Shown here: positions 41,508 through 53,395 of the stretch, piece by piece
How positions within the stretch are numbered: position 1 is the stretch's first letter
Layout: each line of letters opens with the position of its first letter
Assembly (NCBI GenBank): GCA_951406725.2
Contig: OX597832.1
Coordinates: forward strand, 63,550,001-63,614,000
DNA: 64,000 nt
Direction of reading: 5' to 3'
DNA from: Octopus vulgaris
Taxonomy: Eukaryota
The notes under the pieces: generated by a model
Seen by the model: the letters and a program-made list of their open reading frames with translations, nothing else
Told to the model about the DNA's origin: nothing
The model's database searches: none
Position numbers and translations under genes: made by a program

Positions 41508-41937
41508 GGCGATGTTTCGGTTGTCGTAGCACATGTTTCCGTCGATTTCCGTAAAAAATGTAAACACTGAATCGGCCATACATACACACACACATACTTA
41601 CACACACACACATACATAGATACATACACACACACACACACACATACATGCAGACATACATATACACATACACCGAGTAAAAAATTTCAGTTGTCTCTCT
41701 CTTTCACACATTACTCTCTCTGTCTCTTCGCACACACTAACAGAAGCACTTCACTTACACAACGTACTGTCTGTCTCCCACACCCCATCAAACACACACA
41801 CGGGACTTCAAAGAGAAATTTCCTCGTCATAAAATTGCTTCCTCTTAGTCTCTTTCGCTCTCATTACTTATGTAAAAAAATAAAAGTTTTTTACGGAAAT
41901 CGACGGAAACGTGTGCTACGACAACCGAAACATCGCC
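41508..41937. repeat. 51-bp inverted repeat pair (41508-41558 and 41887-41937), MITE-like
   Basis: GGCGATGTTTCGGTTGTCGTAGCACATGTTTCCGTCGATTTCCGTAAAAAA versus its reverse complement, 1 mismatch. Confidence 0.85.
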
Positions 41938-42569
41938 AAAATAAACACCCCTTCCCATCCGTCCTACGACAAGAAGTGAAATTAAATTTTTTTCTCTACT
42001 AATGTTTCACGCATGCGTAGAATTATAAAATAGCAGACGCAAAAAGTATCTAAACAGAAAACCTGACATGCTAGAAACACGTACCTGGTCTCTAAACTTG
42101 CCACTAATACCAGCTGAAGTTTCTTTAAATCACACCCAACAGCTTTCCAAAAGAACGCATTGGCCACTTTAACAGAGTGCATCTAGGACTATATTTTCCA
42201 TGTCCCTTTTTTTTTTATGGAAGTATGGTACAGTTTGAGAGAAATTTAGCTACTAGTTTTTGCTGGTCAAGCAACAACGAACAGACCCTCTAATTGTTGT
42301 ATAGTGTTGCATGTATCTCTGATATGTTTTGCTGGGTTTCTTTTACATGGGATAAAGTTGGCTTATCCCCCATCGATAGATGTTTTCCAAATCTGTGAGA
42401 CTGATGGGAGGAAATTATTCTCAAACCAGAGACCTGACAAAGCAGGCCCTATAAAGAAACCTAATATGTTAAATTAGGCAAATAGATTAAATCTTCTAAA
42501 CTTCTTTTATTACTGTTGTAAGGACTTAGCTTTAATCTAGTATTTAAACTTGGATTTATTAAGCACCAT

Positions 42570-42793
42570 CTGATTGTGGCCGCTACCAGACTCCCCTGGC
42601 ACTTGTGCCAGTGGCATGTAAAAAGCACCCACTACACTCACGGAGTGGTTGGCGTTAGGAAGGGCATCCAGCTGTAGAAACACTGCCAGATCAGACTGGA
42701 GCCTGGTGCAGCCTCCTGGCTTCCCAGACCCCGGTCGAACCGTCCAGCCCGTGCTAGCGCGGAAAACGGACGTTAAACGATGATGATGATGAT
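42570..42793 (+). mobile_element. Abundant short retroposon, family C, ending in (GAT)n (many copies, e.g. 1327-1474, 3340-3540, 24440-24740, 27357-27833 minus, 37240-37645, 51680-52139, 58530-58780 minus, 61310-61568)
   Basis: Consensus AAAAGCACCCACTACACTC..GGCGTTAGGAAGGGCATCCAGC..AACCCATGCTAGCATGGAAA..(GAT)n; some copies carry internal tandem units of about 60 bp. Confidence 0.8.
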
Positions 42794-43216
42794 AATTATT
42801 AACCTTAAAACTGATCATTGATTGCAAAGTTTTGTATTGTTAAAATAGATTAATTATTAAAATAATTGTTTCGCTTTACCTGTTGTATCTATTATGATAC
42901 TTTGATTAACCCTTTTGTTACCATATTTTAGTTGAAATATGGTCTTTGTTTCAATTAATTTTAAAAAGTAAGAAGAATTTAACAAAATAGTTCTGTCAGT
43001 ATTATGCTGCTGTTTGGATCATAAATTAACATGAAATGTTAATTGGAAAGGTTTTTTAAATTTAAATATCTTCAAAGCAGGAAGTTTGTATCATAGAAAT
43101 AGGGGCAGTTTTAGACAATTTGGTAACAAAAGGTTTAAATCTTCGTTAAATTAATTTGCTGTTTCTTTCTATTTCAAGAATTATTTTTTCACTATTCTCC
43201 AGATTTAAAATAACCA

Positions 43217-46200
43217 ATGCCGTCCAGATTCCATGCATTGACCATAGCCACAGTGGTTAGAGTTCGAGATCCGAATGTTACCTACCCCTATTGCATTGAA
43301 TGCTACAGTAAATTACGAATCAATTGTCATTCAAGAATTTGGCGCTGTTTTCGATGTAAAATTAATTACAATACATGTAATATTCCTCAACGGTATCGAC
43401 TCTGTCTAGAAATTGCTGATGGATCTGCTCTTTGTGGTGCCACAGTTTTTGGCAAAAGCCTAGAACCTTACTTTGGAGGCTCTGCTGAAGAAATTCATTC
43501 TCTATTGCATTCATATGATTCAAATTATATAATGAATTTGTTGAATGGCTTTTTTACTGGGAAGAGTTTTTTGTTTGGTTTTAAAACTTTACATCCTCTT
43601 GAAAAATCTGATTTCAACATGTCATTGTTATCAGTCTTGAAATGCAGTTGCAGAAAACAGTGCCAGACACTTCCGACCGATCTAATTGCCTCTCAGATGA
43701 TTAACTGCAATATTGGTATGGCATGCACAATTAAAATACTTTTAACTAAAAATAACAATTTTAAAACTCAAAACACTTGTCCTGCACTCATTGAACAAGT
43801 TCTTCAAACGCCAATAGCATTAACTTTAACAGAATCACCATTATTTATTGAACAGACCAATAGTAGGTCCACTTTGCCATTAATTTCTCAAGAGTTAATT
43901 GTTTTATCATATGAAATGAATCCATCTGGGATTCAAACTAGCAGAAATCTCTCAGGTGTGTTAATATCAAGTTCTGGGGAAAGTGAAACCCCTAATTTCA
44001 TTAACTCTTGTCCACAAAGAAGCCCTTCATTTCATGCAACGAAGTCACAGTCAACCCAAACTTACAAATCTTTCATTACAAACTGTTTTCCTTTGTCAGC
44101 AGGAAATATTTCAGATCATTTGCTTCATTCTTATAAGAAAGTTCCATCTGGAAGTCATGCTAATGTAAAGCATATTCCAGAAGTTTCTCTTGCTGATAAT
44201 CGAAATGCAGAAATTCTTTCTTATGCATCTGATTGTGAAGATATGTTTTTTGAGAATAACAACTCTTCAGATATGGGACATAAATATTCACTGGCAGTAC
44301 GTATTCCACAGAAAGAATATTCTATGGAATGTTCTTTGAATGTAAATAATTATAATAATGTCTCTTATGCTCCTGAATCAGAAGACTTAGAAGCTTTCTT
44401 AAACAGCTTCAGTGATTCACCACATGAACACTTTTCTGAATTCCAAGAAAATGCTGAGCTAAGTCAAATGCAAACAACAAAATCTAGTGAAAAACAGATG
44501 TGTTTTCTAAACAGTTACAATTTTAAAACAACTCTGAAAGAAACTGCTTGCAGTAAATCAAATCTAAAGATGTTTACAATGGCTGCTGTAAACAAGATAA
44601 GATGTGAAGATATTTGTAAATCTTCAAGAGAAACGAGAGACTGGAAAACAAAGGAGATAAATATTCTGTCTCTTTTAAGCTTCCATTCATCAACTGTGAC
44701 CTATTTCCTTCTCAACTTGTCAGTTCCATATCGTTTTTTAAAATGTATCTGGGAAAGTAATTGCAGAGTATCTAATAACCCAAGGTACAAAAACATGGAC
44801 AAATCAAACAGAAGTAATTTATTTACCGGCAATTTGACTTATCATTCTAAATTAATGATGCCTAATTATAAACTAAATAGCTGGAGTGAAGCAAATCAGC
44901 TTTGTGACATGAGAAATAAAATTGTTACTAGACTACCTATTACGGTGACTGATGACAAATATTTACTTAAAAGTGCAGATTTATATTTATCGTCCAGTCC
45001 AGCTAAAATTGTAACTAAAACTACTGTCAACAATGAAAACATTTCTGGTATATATAGTAAATATCCTATAAAAGTCTCTTCTACAAATGAATACTTACCG
45101 AAGTTCCAGTCTGCTGAGAGATGCATGTCTGCTGTCGATGTTATTAAAAAGTCATCACCCAAATCCAGTCCTTCAAATAGTATTTGCAATATCTTTCCTG
45201 GAGACTTTTCAAAAATTGCTGACATGTCGAATATTCCTCGTGATTCTTGCATTGATGTTTCGGTCATTAGTTCCTTTCACATTAACAGAATGTTCTCTGA
45301 GAATGAATCTATAAATGGCAACATGTCTACATCTGCTTCTTTCAAACAGCTTTCTCCCTTTCAAGAAACAATACATCCTATAAGGTGTTTGTCTAAACGA
45401 TTTCCAAATCAAGATTCCAACCTTGAAAGTGAACCATCTTTCCTAAATGAATCTAAGAAAAGGAAAAAATGTAATCAATGTCGTTCATATCTTCCAAGAT
45501 GTCTGTGCAATGATTTTTCAGAAAATAAAGAAAATATTTCATACAATGGAAGAAAAGAAGCTTTATGTTTTCCTAAAAAATTAGGTAATGCAAGCTTATC
45601 TGAAAGCAAACAATTTGTTAATAAGATTCTCCGACCACACAATAAAAACCATCATTCTGTTCCAACTAAGAGATCTCAAACCTCTTCTACAATCAGGAAA
45701 AGTCAGCTTTCAGACTTACCATTTGCAGATGGCTTTCATTCTTTCTCAACCAATGTTAATCTTAGAAAATGCCATAGTCTCACTTCTACACCAGTGCCAC
45801 ATTTCCATATTTATCAAACATCATATAGAAATCTGGCACATAATGATTCTTCAACTGAAGAAAATATTGAACACTTATTTCCAGTAACTCCAATTAAATG
45901 CTCTTCAGAGAACCAAAAACAGTCTCGTCCAAATTCACCTTCAATTTATTCTGTTGAAAGTCACAACTCTGAATCTTATGTATTATTACCATCTGGAAGT
46001 CTTCAGCAAGATTGCCAAGAGAGTCCCAAAGAAGAGGGCAATACGTCACAGGATTTATATGATCCTTCGACTGAATTGTTTTTATCCTCTCCTAATCCAG
46101 ATGTATTACCTGTCAATGCTTCAGAAGACCTATTTAGCTGTTCTTGGAAATCTTCAAACCAATTTATTCCACAAACACCCAGTAGTACCCCAGTTTCAGT

Positions 46201-47536
46201 AAGAAATATTTGTTTAAATAGAAGAGATGGTATTAACAATACTTTTAATCAAAGAAAGTCTAAAAAATCTAAATATCCTCTAACCAAATGCCTTCTAAAA
46301 AGACAAATTTTCAAGAAAATCAATAATTCTAATCAATTCCAAGCAAGATGCCAAATGAAAAAATTGTCTCCTTCCAATACTATTCCAAAGACAATCAGTG
46401 TGCCATCTTCACCCATGGGACCCCTCAATAGAAAAGATTCATCTGAAGAAATATTAGAAACTTTGTTTTCTCCAAGAATATTGTCTCAAAATGAGTTCAA
46501 CTCACCAAGAACTACAAATTATATAGAATCAAAAGAAATCTCTAGATGTAATTCTTGTAATTCTTTAATCATTCCTAAAACAATGAGAAATATTTTTCAA
46601 ATTATGGAACAATCTCATGAATCAGAACAGTTTTGTAAATCCTTTCCAGAATCACAAGATTTATTTTCACCTGAAATTCTTTCTGCAACACAAAATAAAA
46701 CGAAACATTTGTTTACTTTACAAAACACAAATACCATTTCCATAGACAATTCCTGTTTTAAGTCAAAACCTGATGTAAATCAACTGCCAACTCCGTCTAC
46801 TGAAGTATTTAAAGAAACTCTTTGTAATGTAACACGTGAGCTTTTAGATGCAGAAATCCATGGTGTATTAAATCAAAATTCAACTAAGGTCGATTGTAAA
46901 ATATGGAATAAAACTCATTTACATCAAAGAACACCTGTCCTATATAATAAAACATTGGATATTTATGCCTCACCTGATTTATTCTGTACACAACCAGACA
47001 ATTCAAATGTCCATTCACATCTTTCTGAAAATTTCTGTCAAAATATCCAGACTCTTCCACAGTCACCTGATATATTCACCTCAAACACTTCTGTTCAGAG
47101 TGACTCTCCCAACATACTTCCTGAAACACAGCCTGATGTAGATAATTCTATACATTCACCAGACGTATACAATGAAACAGAGACTAACTCTTGTAACCTA
47201 TTGCTCTCGCCTGATATTTTTTCTCCAACACAGAAAAGCAAACCAAAATATTTATTACACTCAATTGATCCTCTTTGTTGCACACCTGAAAGTACAAAGC
47301 ACTACATATCATCTCCTGATATATTCTTCGAAACACAGAACACACAACACCACATGAAGTCACCTGACATAATCAGTCAGACACAAGAACCATTCTTCAA
47401 ACATAAAAATAAATATTTATATTCTTGGAATCAAATTTCCTTGCCTACAAAAATCACTGATTCACAACATAAAGACACAGTTTATAAAGTTTCCACTTGT
47501 TCTGATTTAGCATCAAGTTCTGACAATATTTTATGA
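43217..47536 (+). CDS. DDIAS: DNA damage-induced apoptosis suppressor (DDIAS/Noxin)-like protein, 1439 aa, single coding exon
   Basis: N-terminal RPA70C-like OB fold with zinc ribbon (YPYCIECYSKL..CFRC..RYRLCLEIAD..TVFGKSLEPYFG), resembling the DDIAS N-terminus as I recall it, followed by a long Ser-rich disordered region. Acceptor ttctccAG ends at 43202 just upstream of the ATG; AATAAA at 47562. Confidence 0.85.
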   Translation: MPSRFHALTIATVVRVRDPNVTYPYCIECYSKLRINCHSRIWRCFRCKINYNTCNIPQRYRLCLEIADGSALCGATVFGKSLEPYFGGSAEEIHSLLHSYDSNYIMNLLNGFFTGKSFLFGFKTLHPLEKSDFNMSLLSVLKCSCRKQCQTLPTDLIASQMINCNIGMACTIKILLTKNNNFKTQNTCPALIEQVLQTPIALTLTESPLFIEQTNSRSTLPLISQELIVLSYEMNPSGIQTSRNLSGVLISSSGESETPNFINSCPQRSPSFHATKSQSTQTYKSFITNCFPLSAGNISDHLLHSYKKVPSGSHANVKHIPEVSLADNRNAEILSYASDCEDMFFENNNSSDMGHKYSLAVRIPQKEYSMECSLNVNNYNNVSYAPESEDLEAFLNSFSDSPHEHFSEFQENAELSQMQTTKSSEKQMCFLNSYNFKTTLKETACSKSNLKMFTMAAVNKIRCEDICKSSRETRDWKTKEINILSLLSFHSSTVTYFLLNLSVPYRFLKCIWESNCRVSNNPRYKNMDKSNRSNLFTGNLTYHSKLMMPNYKLNSWSEANQLCDMRNKIVTRLPITVTDDKYLLKSADLYLSSSPAKIVTKTTVNNENISGIYSKYPIKVSSTNEYLPKFQSAERCMSAVDVIKKSSPKSSPSNSICNIFPGDFSKIADMSNIPRDSCIDVSVISSFHINRMFSENESINGNMSTSASFKQLSPFQETIHPIRCLSKRFPNQDSNLESEPSFLNESKKRKKCNQCRSYLPRCLCNDFSENKENISYNGRKEALCFPKKLGNASLSESKQFVNKILRPHNKNHHSVPTKRSQTSSTIRKSQLSDLPFADGFHSFSTNVNLRKCHSLTSTPVPHFHIYQTSYRNLAHNDSSTEENIEHLFPVTPIKCSSENQKQSRPNSPSIYSVESHNSESYVLLPSGSLQQDCQESPKEEGNTSQDLYDPSTELFLSSPNPDVLPVNASEDLFSCSWKSSNQFIPQTPSSTPVSVRNICLNRRDGINNTFNQRKSKKSKYPLTKCLLKRQIFKKINNSNQFQARCQMKKLSPSNTIPKTISVPSSPMGPLNRKDSSEEILETLFSPRILSQNEFNSPRTTNYIESKEISRCNSCNSLIIPKTMRNIFQIMEQSHESEQFCKSFPESQDLFSPEILSATQNKTKHLFTLQNTNTISIDNSCFKSKPDVNQLPTPSTEVFKETLCNVTRELLDAEIHGVLNQNSTKVDCKIWNKTHLHQRTPVLYNKTLDIYASPDLFCTQPDNSNVHSHLSENFCQNIQTLPQSPDIFTSNTSVQSDSPNILPETQPDVDNSIHSPDVYNETETNSCNLLLSPDIFSPTQKSKPKYLLHSIDPLCCTPESTKHYISSPDIFFETQNTQHHMKSPDIISQTQEPFFKHKNKYLYSWNQISLPTKITDSQHKDTVYKVSTCSDLASSSDNIL

Positions 47537-47784
47537 CATTGTCCATTAAAATTTTCCTGTAAATAAAATTTGTAAAGAATTAATTGTTTCTTTGCTAATG
47601 CAAAATATCATTAATTACTCACAATGTAGTTTGCTTATAAAACCAATTTATGTTTAAATTCATAATACATTTCTGGCAGATTCAAACGAGAATATCCGAT
47701 CGCTGTTGTTTTCATCATCAGAGAACACCTCCTACCTTTAGACAATGTGTACTCATAGCTCACTCTTTTTCATTGCTGTAAGGA

Positions 47785-48000
47785 AGACGGCGAGCTGGCA
47801 GAAATGTTAGTCCGACGAGTGAAATGCTTAGAAGTATTTCATCTGTTTTTACATTCTGAGTTCAAATTCCGCCAAGGTCGACTTTGCTTTTCATCCTTTC
47901 GTAGTCGATAAATTAAGTACCAGTTGCATACTGGAATCAATCTAATCGACTAGCACCCTCCCCAGAAATTTCAGGCTTTGTGCTTAGAGTAGAAAAGAAT
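47785..48000 (+). mobile_element. tRNA-derived SINE, family B (other copies at about 5745-5960, 5980-6140, 9645-9875, 62147-62340, 17640-17822 minus, 26000-26200 minus, 35200-35410 minus)
   Basis: GGCGAGCTGGCAGAA..GAGTTCAAATTCC..GCCTTTCATCCTTTCGGGGTCGATAAATTAAGTACCAG consensus body. Confidence 0.8.
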
Positions 48001-49008
48001 TCATTGCTGTGAAGAAGCTCTGAGAGATCTTGGCGTTCCATTCTTGTGTCCCTGACCCATGGATCAGAATTAAGAGATGCTCTAGCTCTTCATCATCATC
48101 ATTTAGCGTCTGTTTTCCATATAGAAATCCCGAAACAAATTATTTGCAGATGTCTGCATAATATAATAATGAAAAAAAAAAAGGCATCAGAGGGGCAATT
48201 CATATCCTGTGTGCAGATAGATTTTTTGCAAATTATAGTATGGCTTACAATGCATTGCTTACCCATGCTTTTTGATTGAACTGATTTGATTTTTTTTTTA
48301 AGTATCACCATTATAGGTATTTATACTCTGGTGAAATTAAGAAATCAATTTGTAAATAAACGAAACCCTTGAATCCATCGCTGTTTACACATACAGCTGC
48401 ATATCTATGTATGTATGTACCCATGTGTCTACGTGCATAGGTACATCATGAGTTATACACACACAGACGAGGGTTGATTCATATGTAAAAGAAAGTAAAC
48501 AAAATAATATGACCAGTTGCTTATCAAGAAATTTGTAAGCTTGATTTTTTTTTTATAAAGATAATCATGTAAAAAGCACTTTCCGAATGTGATCAATGCC
48601 AGGTTTGCCTGACTGGCTCCTATGCTGGTGGCACGTAAAAAGCACCTACTACATTCTCAGAGTGGTTGGCATTAGGAAAGGTATCCAGCCGTAGAAACTT
48701 TATCAGATCAGATTGGAGCCTGGTGCAGCCACTGGCTCTCCAGACCTCAGTCAAACTGTCCAACCCATGCCAGCATGAAAAATGAACATTAAATGATGAT
48801 GATGATGATGTGAATCAAAGCAAATGTTCATCATTTCGAGCCACTTTCCCAATGAGTATTTCTGCTAACTTTGGTGAAAATCCATTCAGCCATTTTCTAG
48901 TAATCTTGCAAACACACAGACAGACAGACAAACAATGATTACAATACCCTGCTTTTGCTTACATGCACAAGGTAATTAATGGGCCACATGTAAAACAGTG
49001 ATAGATAT

Positions 49009-49485
49009 TACAGTTCTATATTTAAGAGATAGGAATTATGTACATTACTTACATTTGACAGATATTTATCCTCATCTTGTTTGTTGTTCACACAACGTTT
49101 CAGCTGATATACCCTCCAGCCTTCATCAGGTGTCTCGGGGAAACTTTGAACTTGGGTTCTCATTCCTAAGGTATTTTTCGATGTTGTTGTTGTTTAGATT
49201 TATAAGCCCTAAAAATTCACTCCATAATTGCCCATGGGCATGTGGTGTAGTGGTTAAGAGTGCAGGCTACTAACCCCAAGATTCCGAATTTGATTCCAGG
49301 CAGTGACCTGGATAATAATAATAATAACAATAACAACAACAGCAGCAGCATTGAAACATACCTTAGGAATGAGAACTCAGGTTCAAAATTTCCCCAAGAC
49401 ACCTGATGAAGGCTGGAGGGTATATCAGCCGAAACGTGTTAACAACAAGCAAGATGAGGACAAATATCCATCAAATGTAAATAGT
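49009..49485. mobile_element. Same fold-back element, copy 3
   Basis: Inverted arms, tRNA-like head at about 49238-49300, hammerhead motifs at 49090-49134 (-) and 49398-49440 (+, 3-nt deletion). Confidence 0.7.
49090..49134 (-). ncRNA. Minimal type-I hammerhead ribozyme motif
   Basis: GACAC-CUGAUGA-A-GGCUG..CAGCU-GAAA-CG-UU-GUGU on the minus strand. Confidence 0.62.
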
Positions 49486-50599
49486 GATAGATATGTTATG
49501 GTTTGGATGCTCAGTGTTCTGCATGCACCCCGTGTATAGTTCATTTATGTTTTTTAAATAGTTGTTGATTTTCCCCAGTCAATGCTGATCAAGCAGATCT
49601 ATGACCAAAGGAATTTGAATTGTTAACATCTTTCTACATTTATATTAGGTGTAGGAGTAGCTCTGGTAAGTAGCTTGCTTACCAACCACATGGTTCCGGG
49701 TTCAGTCCCACTGCGTGGCAACTTGGGCAAGTGTCTTCTACTATAGCTTCGGGCCGACCAAAGCCTTGTGAGTGGATTTGGAAGACGGAAACTGAAAGAA
49801 GCCCATCGTATATATGAATATGTTTGTGTGTGAGTGTTTGTCTCCCCAACATCACTTGACAACTGATGCTGGTGTGTTTATGTCCCTGTAACTTAGCAGT
49901 TTGGCAAAAGAAACTAATAGAACAAGTACTAGGCTTACAAAGAATAAGTCCTGGGGTCAATTTGCTCAACCAAAGGTGGTGCTCCAGCATGACCACAGTC
50001 AAATGACTGAAAAAAGTAAAAAGAGTAAAAAAGTGAGTATCCCTTTTGTTAATGGAAAGGGCATGGTACATGTCTAAAAGAACATTATCTCATCCATTTT
50101 TTAACCCTTTTCATACTAATCCACTCTAGACCCTGCCACTCCCACCCCCACACCGGTTCCATAATAGAAACTTCCTGATTAAAGGTGACTTAAATTAAGA
50201 ACCTTCCATGAAAATTCCCAATCATGTTCTAAACAGCAGCATTTTGTTTCTTGTAAGAAAAGCAACATTTTTCAGCAGAAATATGGTGACAAATTGTTAA
50301 GGTAGTCGGATATGATTTTTAGGAGATTTGGCTGTAATTTTTAGCATGGAGGGGAGGGAAATGTAGTGAGTTACCACAGGTGGAGGGAGGAGACATTAGG
50401 AAGATATGTAGTGGGGAAGATTCGCCAAGGACAGAGTGTATGCAGGTAGGTTCACTGAAGTGTGACAAGGGAATGAGAGGTAGAGAGAAAGGGAGGGGAA
50501 TGCAGTGAATGGTGAACATGGGTGGAGAGAAGGATGTTAGGGAGAGAATGCCTTTGGAACCTCATTTTTACTTAGATGGATGGTTATTCACAAGCACAA

Positions 50600-51020
50600 G
50601 AATTCACTAATCATCTCAGTCCTTTGCCATTTCCTCCGAGGCTCAACATCTGATGGTCATTTTTCACTACTTCATCCCATATCTTTCTGGAGTTTCCTCT
50701 TTCACAGGTCCCCTTCACATTTAGCAATCTGCACTTCTTTATACATCTGTTTTCATCCATATGCATCATGCGACCATACCAGTGCACTACATCTGATGCT
50801 TCTTATGCCCAGTTTTACTCTCAACACATTTACACTTTGTTGTACATGCACACTGATATTGCACATCCAGCAGAACATGCTGTCCTTGCTTCTTTCAAGC
50901 CTTCACATGTCCGTTGCATTCACAGACCATGTTTCACTAACATGTAGTATAGCTGTTCATAGATAAGCATTATACAGCCTGCCTTTCACTTCGCAGGAGA
51001 GGCCCATTGTTACTAACAAA
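50600..51020 (-). mobile_element. RTE-like LINE 3' remnant (related remnant at about 22900-23330, minus)
   Basis: Decayed minus-strand frame LVT..VKGRLYNA..LHVSETW. Confidence 0.6.
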
Positions 51021-51024
51021 GGTA

Positions 51025-51250
51025 TACAAGGAGGGTGCTGAAAAGTTCCTGGCTTTAAGGGTATGACAGAAAGCCTAGTTGGAGGCCCAGCTTTCTGAGT
51101 TCTATTACAGGGCTTCGAAAAACTGAAGAATCACTACAATAAGTGTGTGAATCTGAGAGAGGGGAGTATGCAGCTAAAAAATCATAATTAACTGATCCTC
51201 TTGTATTTTCTTTTATCCAAAACCAGGAACGTTTTAGCACCCCAACACCT
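51025..51250. mobile_element. Mariner-type MITE (second family)
   Basis: TIRs GGGTGCTGAAAAGTTCCTGGCTTT / AAAACCAGGAACGTTTTAGCACCC. Confidence 0.65.
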
Positions 51251-51254
51251 TTAT

Positions 51255-51319
<65 letters not shown>

Positions 51320-52186
51320 CACACACAAGTGAGTGGACAAATGAAAGAAGGGCATTCAACCAATTTATTGGAAGTTACATATATGGATCAAAACAGTTTG
51401 GTTCAAATTGGTTGGTACTCATGAGTTTCAAGTGTGATGCTAGTCATCAGCCAGTCAGAGGAATGAACAGAGTTAATAATGATGTTTTGGACATTGTTCT
51501 TCTTCAGAATAGGGTGTCAAGTGGAAAGAAAGTAAGAAAAATCAGTAGATAAAAGCAGAAATCCAGGCAAAAATACCCACAGAGAACTGGTCCGTATGTT
51601 GGCCATGGACTATGTATATAAATATATAATGAGTCAAGTAAAATCGAAATCACAATCAGAATCTCAATCAAATTGAAATCAAAATGGAAATTGTAGTTGT
51701 GGCCAATGCCAGTGCCACCTGACGGGCTCCCGTGCTGGTGGCATGCAACAAGCACCATTCATATATGGGTCAATGCCAGTGCCTCCTGACTGGCTTCCCA
51801 TGTCGGTGGCATATAAAAAGCAACTTTTGAATGTGGCCAATGCCAGTACCCACCTGCCTTGACTGGCCTCTGTGCTGGTAGCACGTAAAAAGCACCATCC
51901 GAACATGGCTGATGCTAGTGCCACCTGACTGGCTCCCATGCCGGTGGCATGTAAAAAGTACCCACTACACTCTTGGAGTGGTTGGCATTAGGAAGGGCAT
52001 CCAGTTGTAGAAACACTTCCAGATCAGATTGGATCCTGGTACTCTTGAAACTCAAGAGTACCTGTCTTGCCAGTTGTCAGTCAAACCGTCCAACCCATGC
52101 CAGCATGTAAAATGGACGTTAAACGATGATGATGATGATATATATATCATCGTCTTATAGTCTCTCAGGCGACTCACGGATATATA

Positions 52187-52217
<31 letters not shown>

Positions 52218-52424
52218 CCGTGAGTCATCTGAGAGACTATTAGTCAGGGAGAAGATGCACTTGTATATCTGTCAGTAGAGTGAGTATATTATCTGAATTT
52301 CACTCGTATTTTGTATGCAAAACTGATTGGTAAGATCAGCTGTGATGGATATTTAATACTATAAAATTTGGATTATATATGTGCATATATATATATATAT
52401 GTGTGTGTGTGTATATATATATAT

Positions 52425-52457
<33 letters not shown>

Positions 52458-53395
52458 CACACATACACACATACATATGTTTGACCAAATTTCACTCACA
52501 AGGCATTGGTTAAGCAAGTCTTATGACATTGACACTTGGTCAATGTGCCATGCAATGGGACTGAACCCAAACCCATGTGGACGAGAAGCAAACATCTTAC
52601 CACAGTGCCACACCTATTTTATCTGGTCAAAAATTCAGAATAGAAAAAGAAAAAGTAACCACAAACCCATAAGGAACCTCTGTGTGGTCACTAAATCTGC
52701 TAGAAATAGCATCTAAATCATAGTCTTCCTCAATTCTTTTCAAACACTGCCCTGCTAGGCACTGGAATCTCTGTTTGCCACAAATTTTAGAATTAAGACT
52801 TACGACATAAGAAATTCCTTGCTAATGTTTAAACATATTCAAAAACGATTTACTAATAATTTTATTAAACAGAAGTATGATTAATAAAAGAAAGTCGGTA
52901 ATAGCTCTTTATATATTTTTCTATGAATTCCTAGTTTCTAGTTTCCTACAAGTGGATTCTGTCTGAAGAATTTCTAATAGGATACAACTTTGTACTTTCT
53001 ATTAGCAAATGAAACGAGTAATGGTGAATAAATAATACGAAAAAATGTTTCCAGCTTCCTCTTTTGATACATACTTACTCTACAAACAATATTTCTAGAA
53101 TTTTCAACTCATATGTACCCCAACATCAATATAACTACAAACTGGATAGTAATACTGGAATAAACAGGTGTGCTTCAGGAGGATACGCCTTGGATTTTAC
53201 CATACCTACATAATATTCATAGTTTGCTATATTTATAACATTTTAAACTGATAGTTAAAAAGGAAAAAAAACAACTTTCCATGTGAACTGTACCAGTAAT
53301 TGACAATTAGTTCGGACATTTAATTGCAGGGGGAAATAAAAGAGTTAGCAAGGGAGAGAACTCTGTAATCGATGTCACCTTGAAATTTCGACAAG

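Noticed and set aside
44896-47283. Antisense and alternative-frame ORFs within DDIAS
   Set aside because: Shadow ORFs of a long coding exon with no recognisable motifs.
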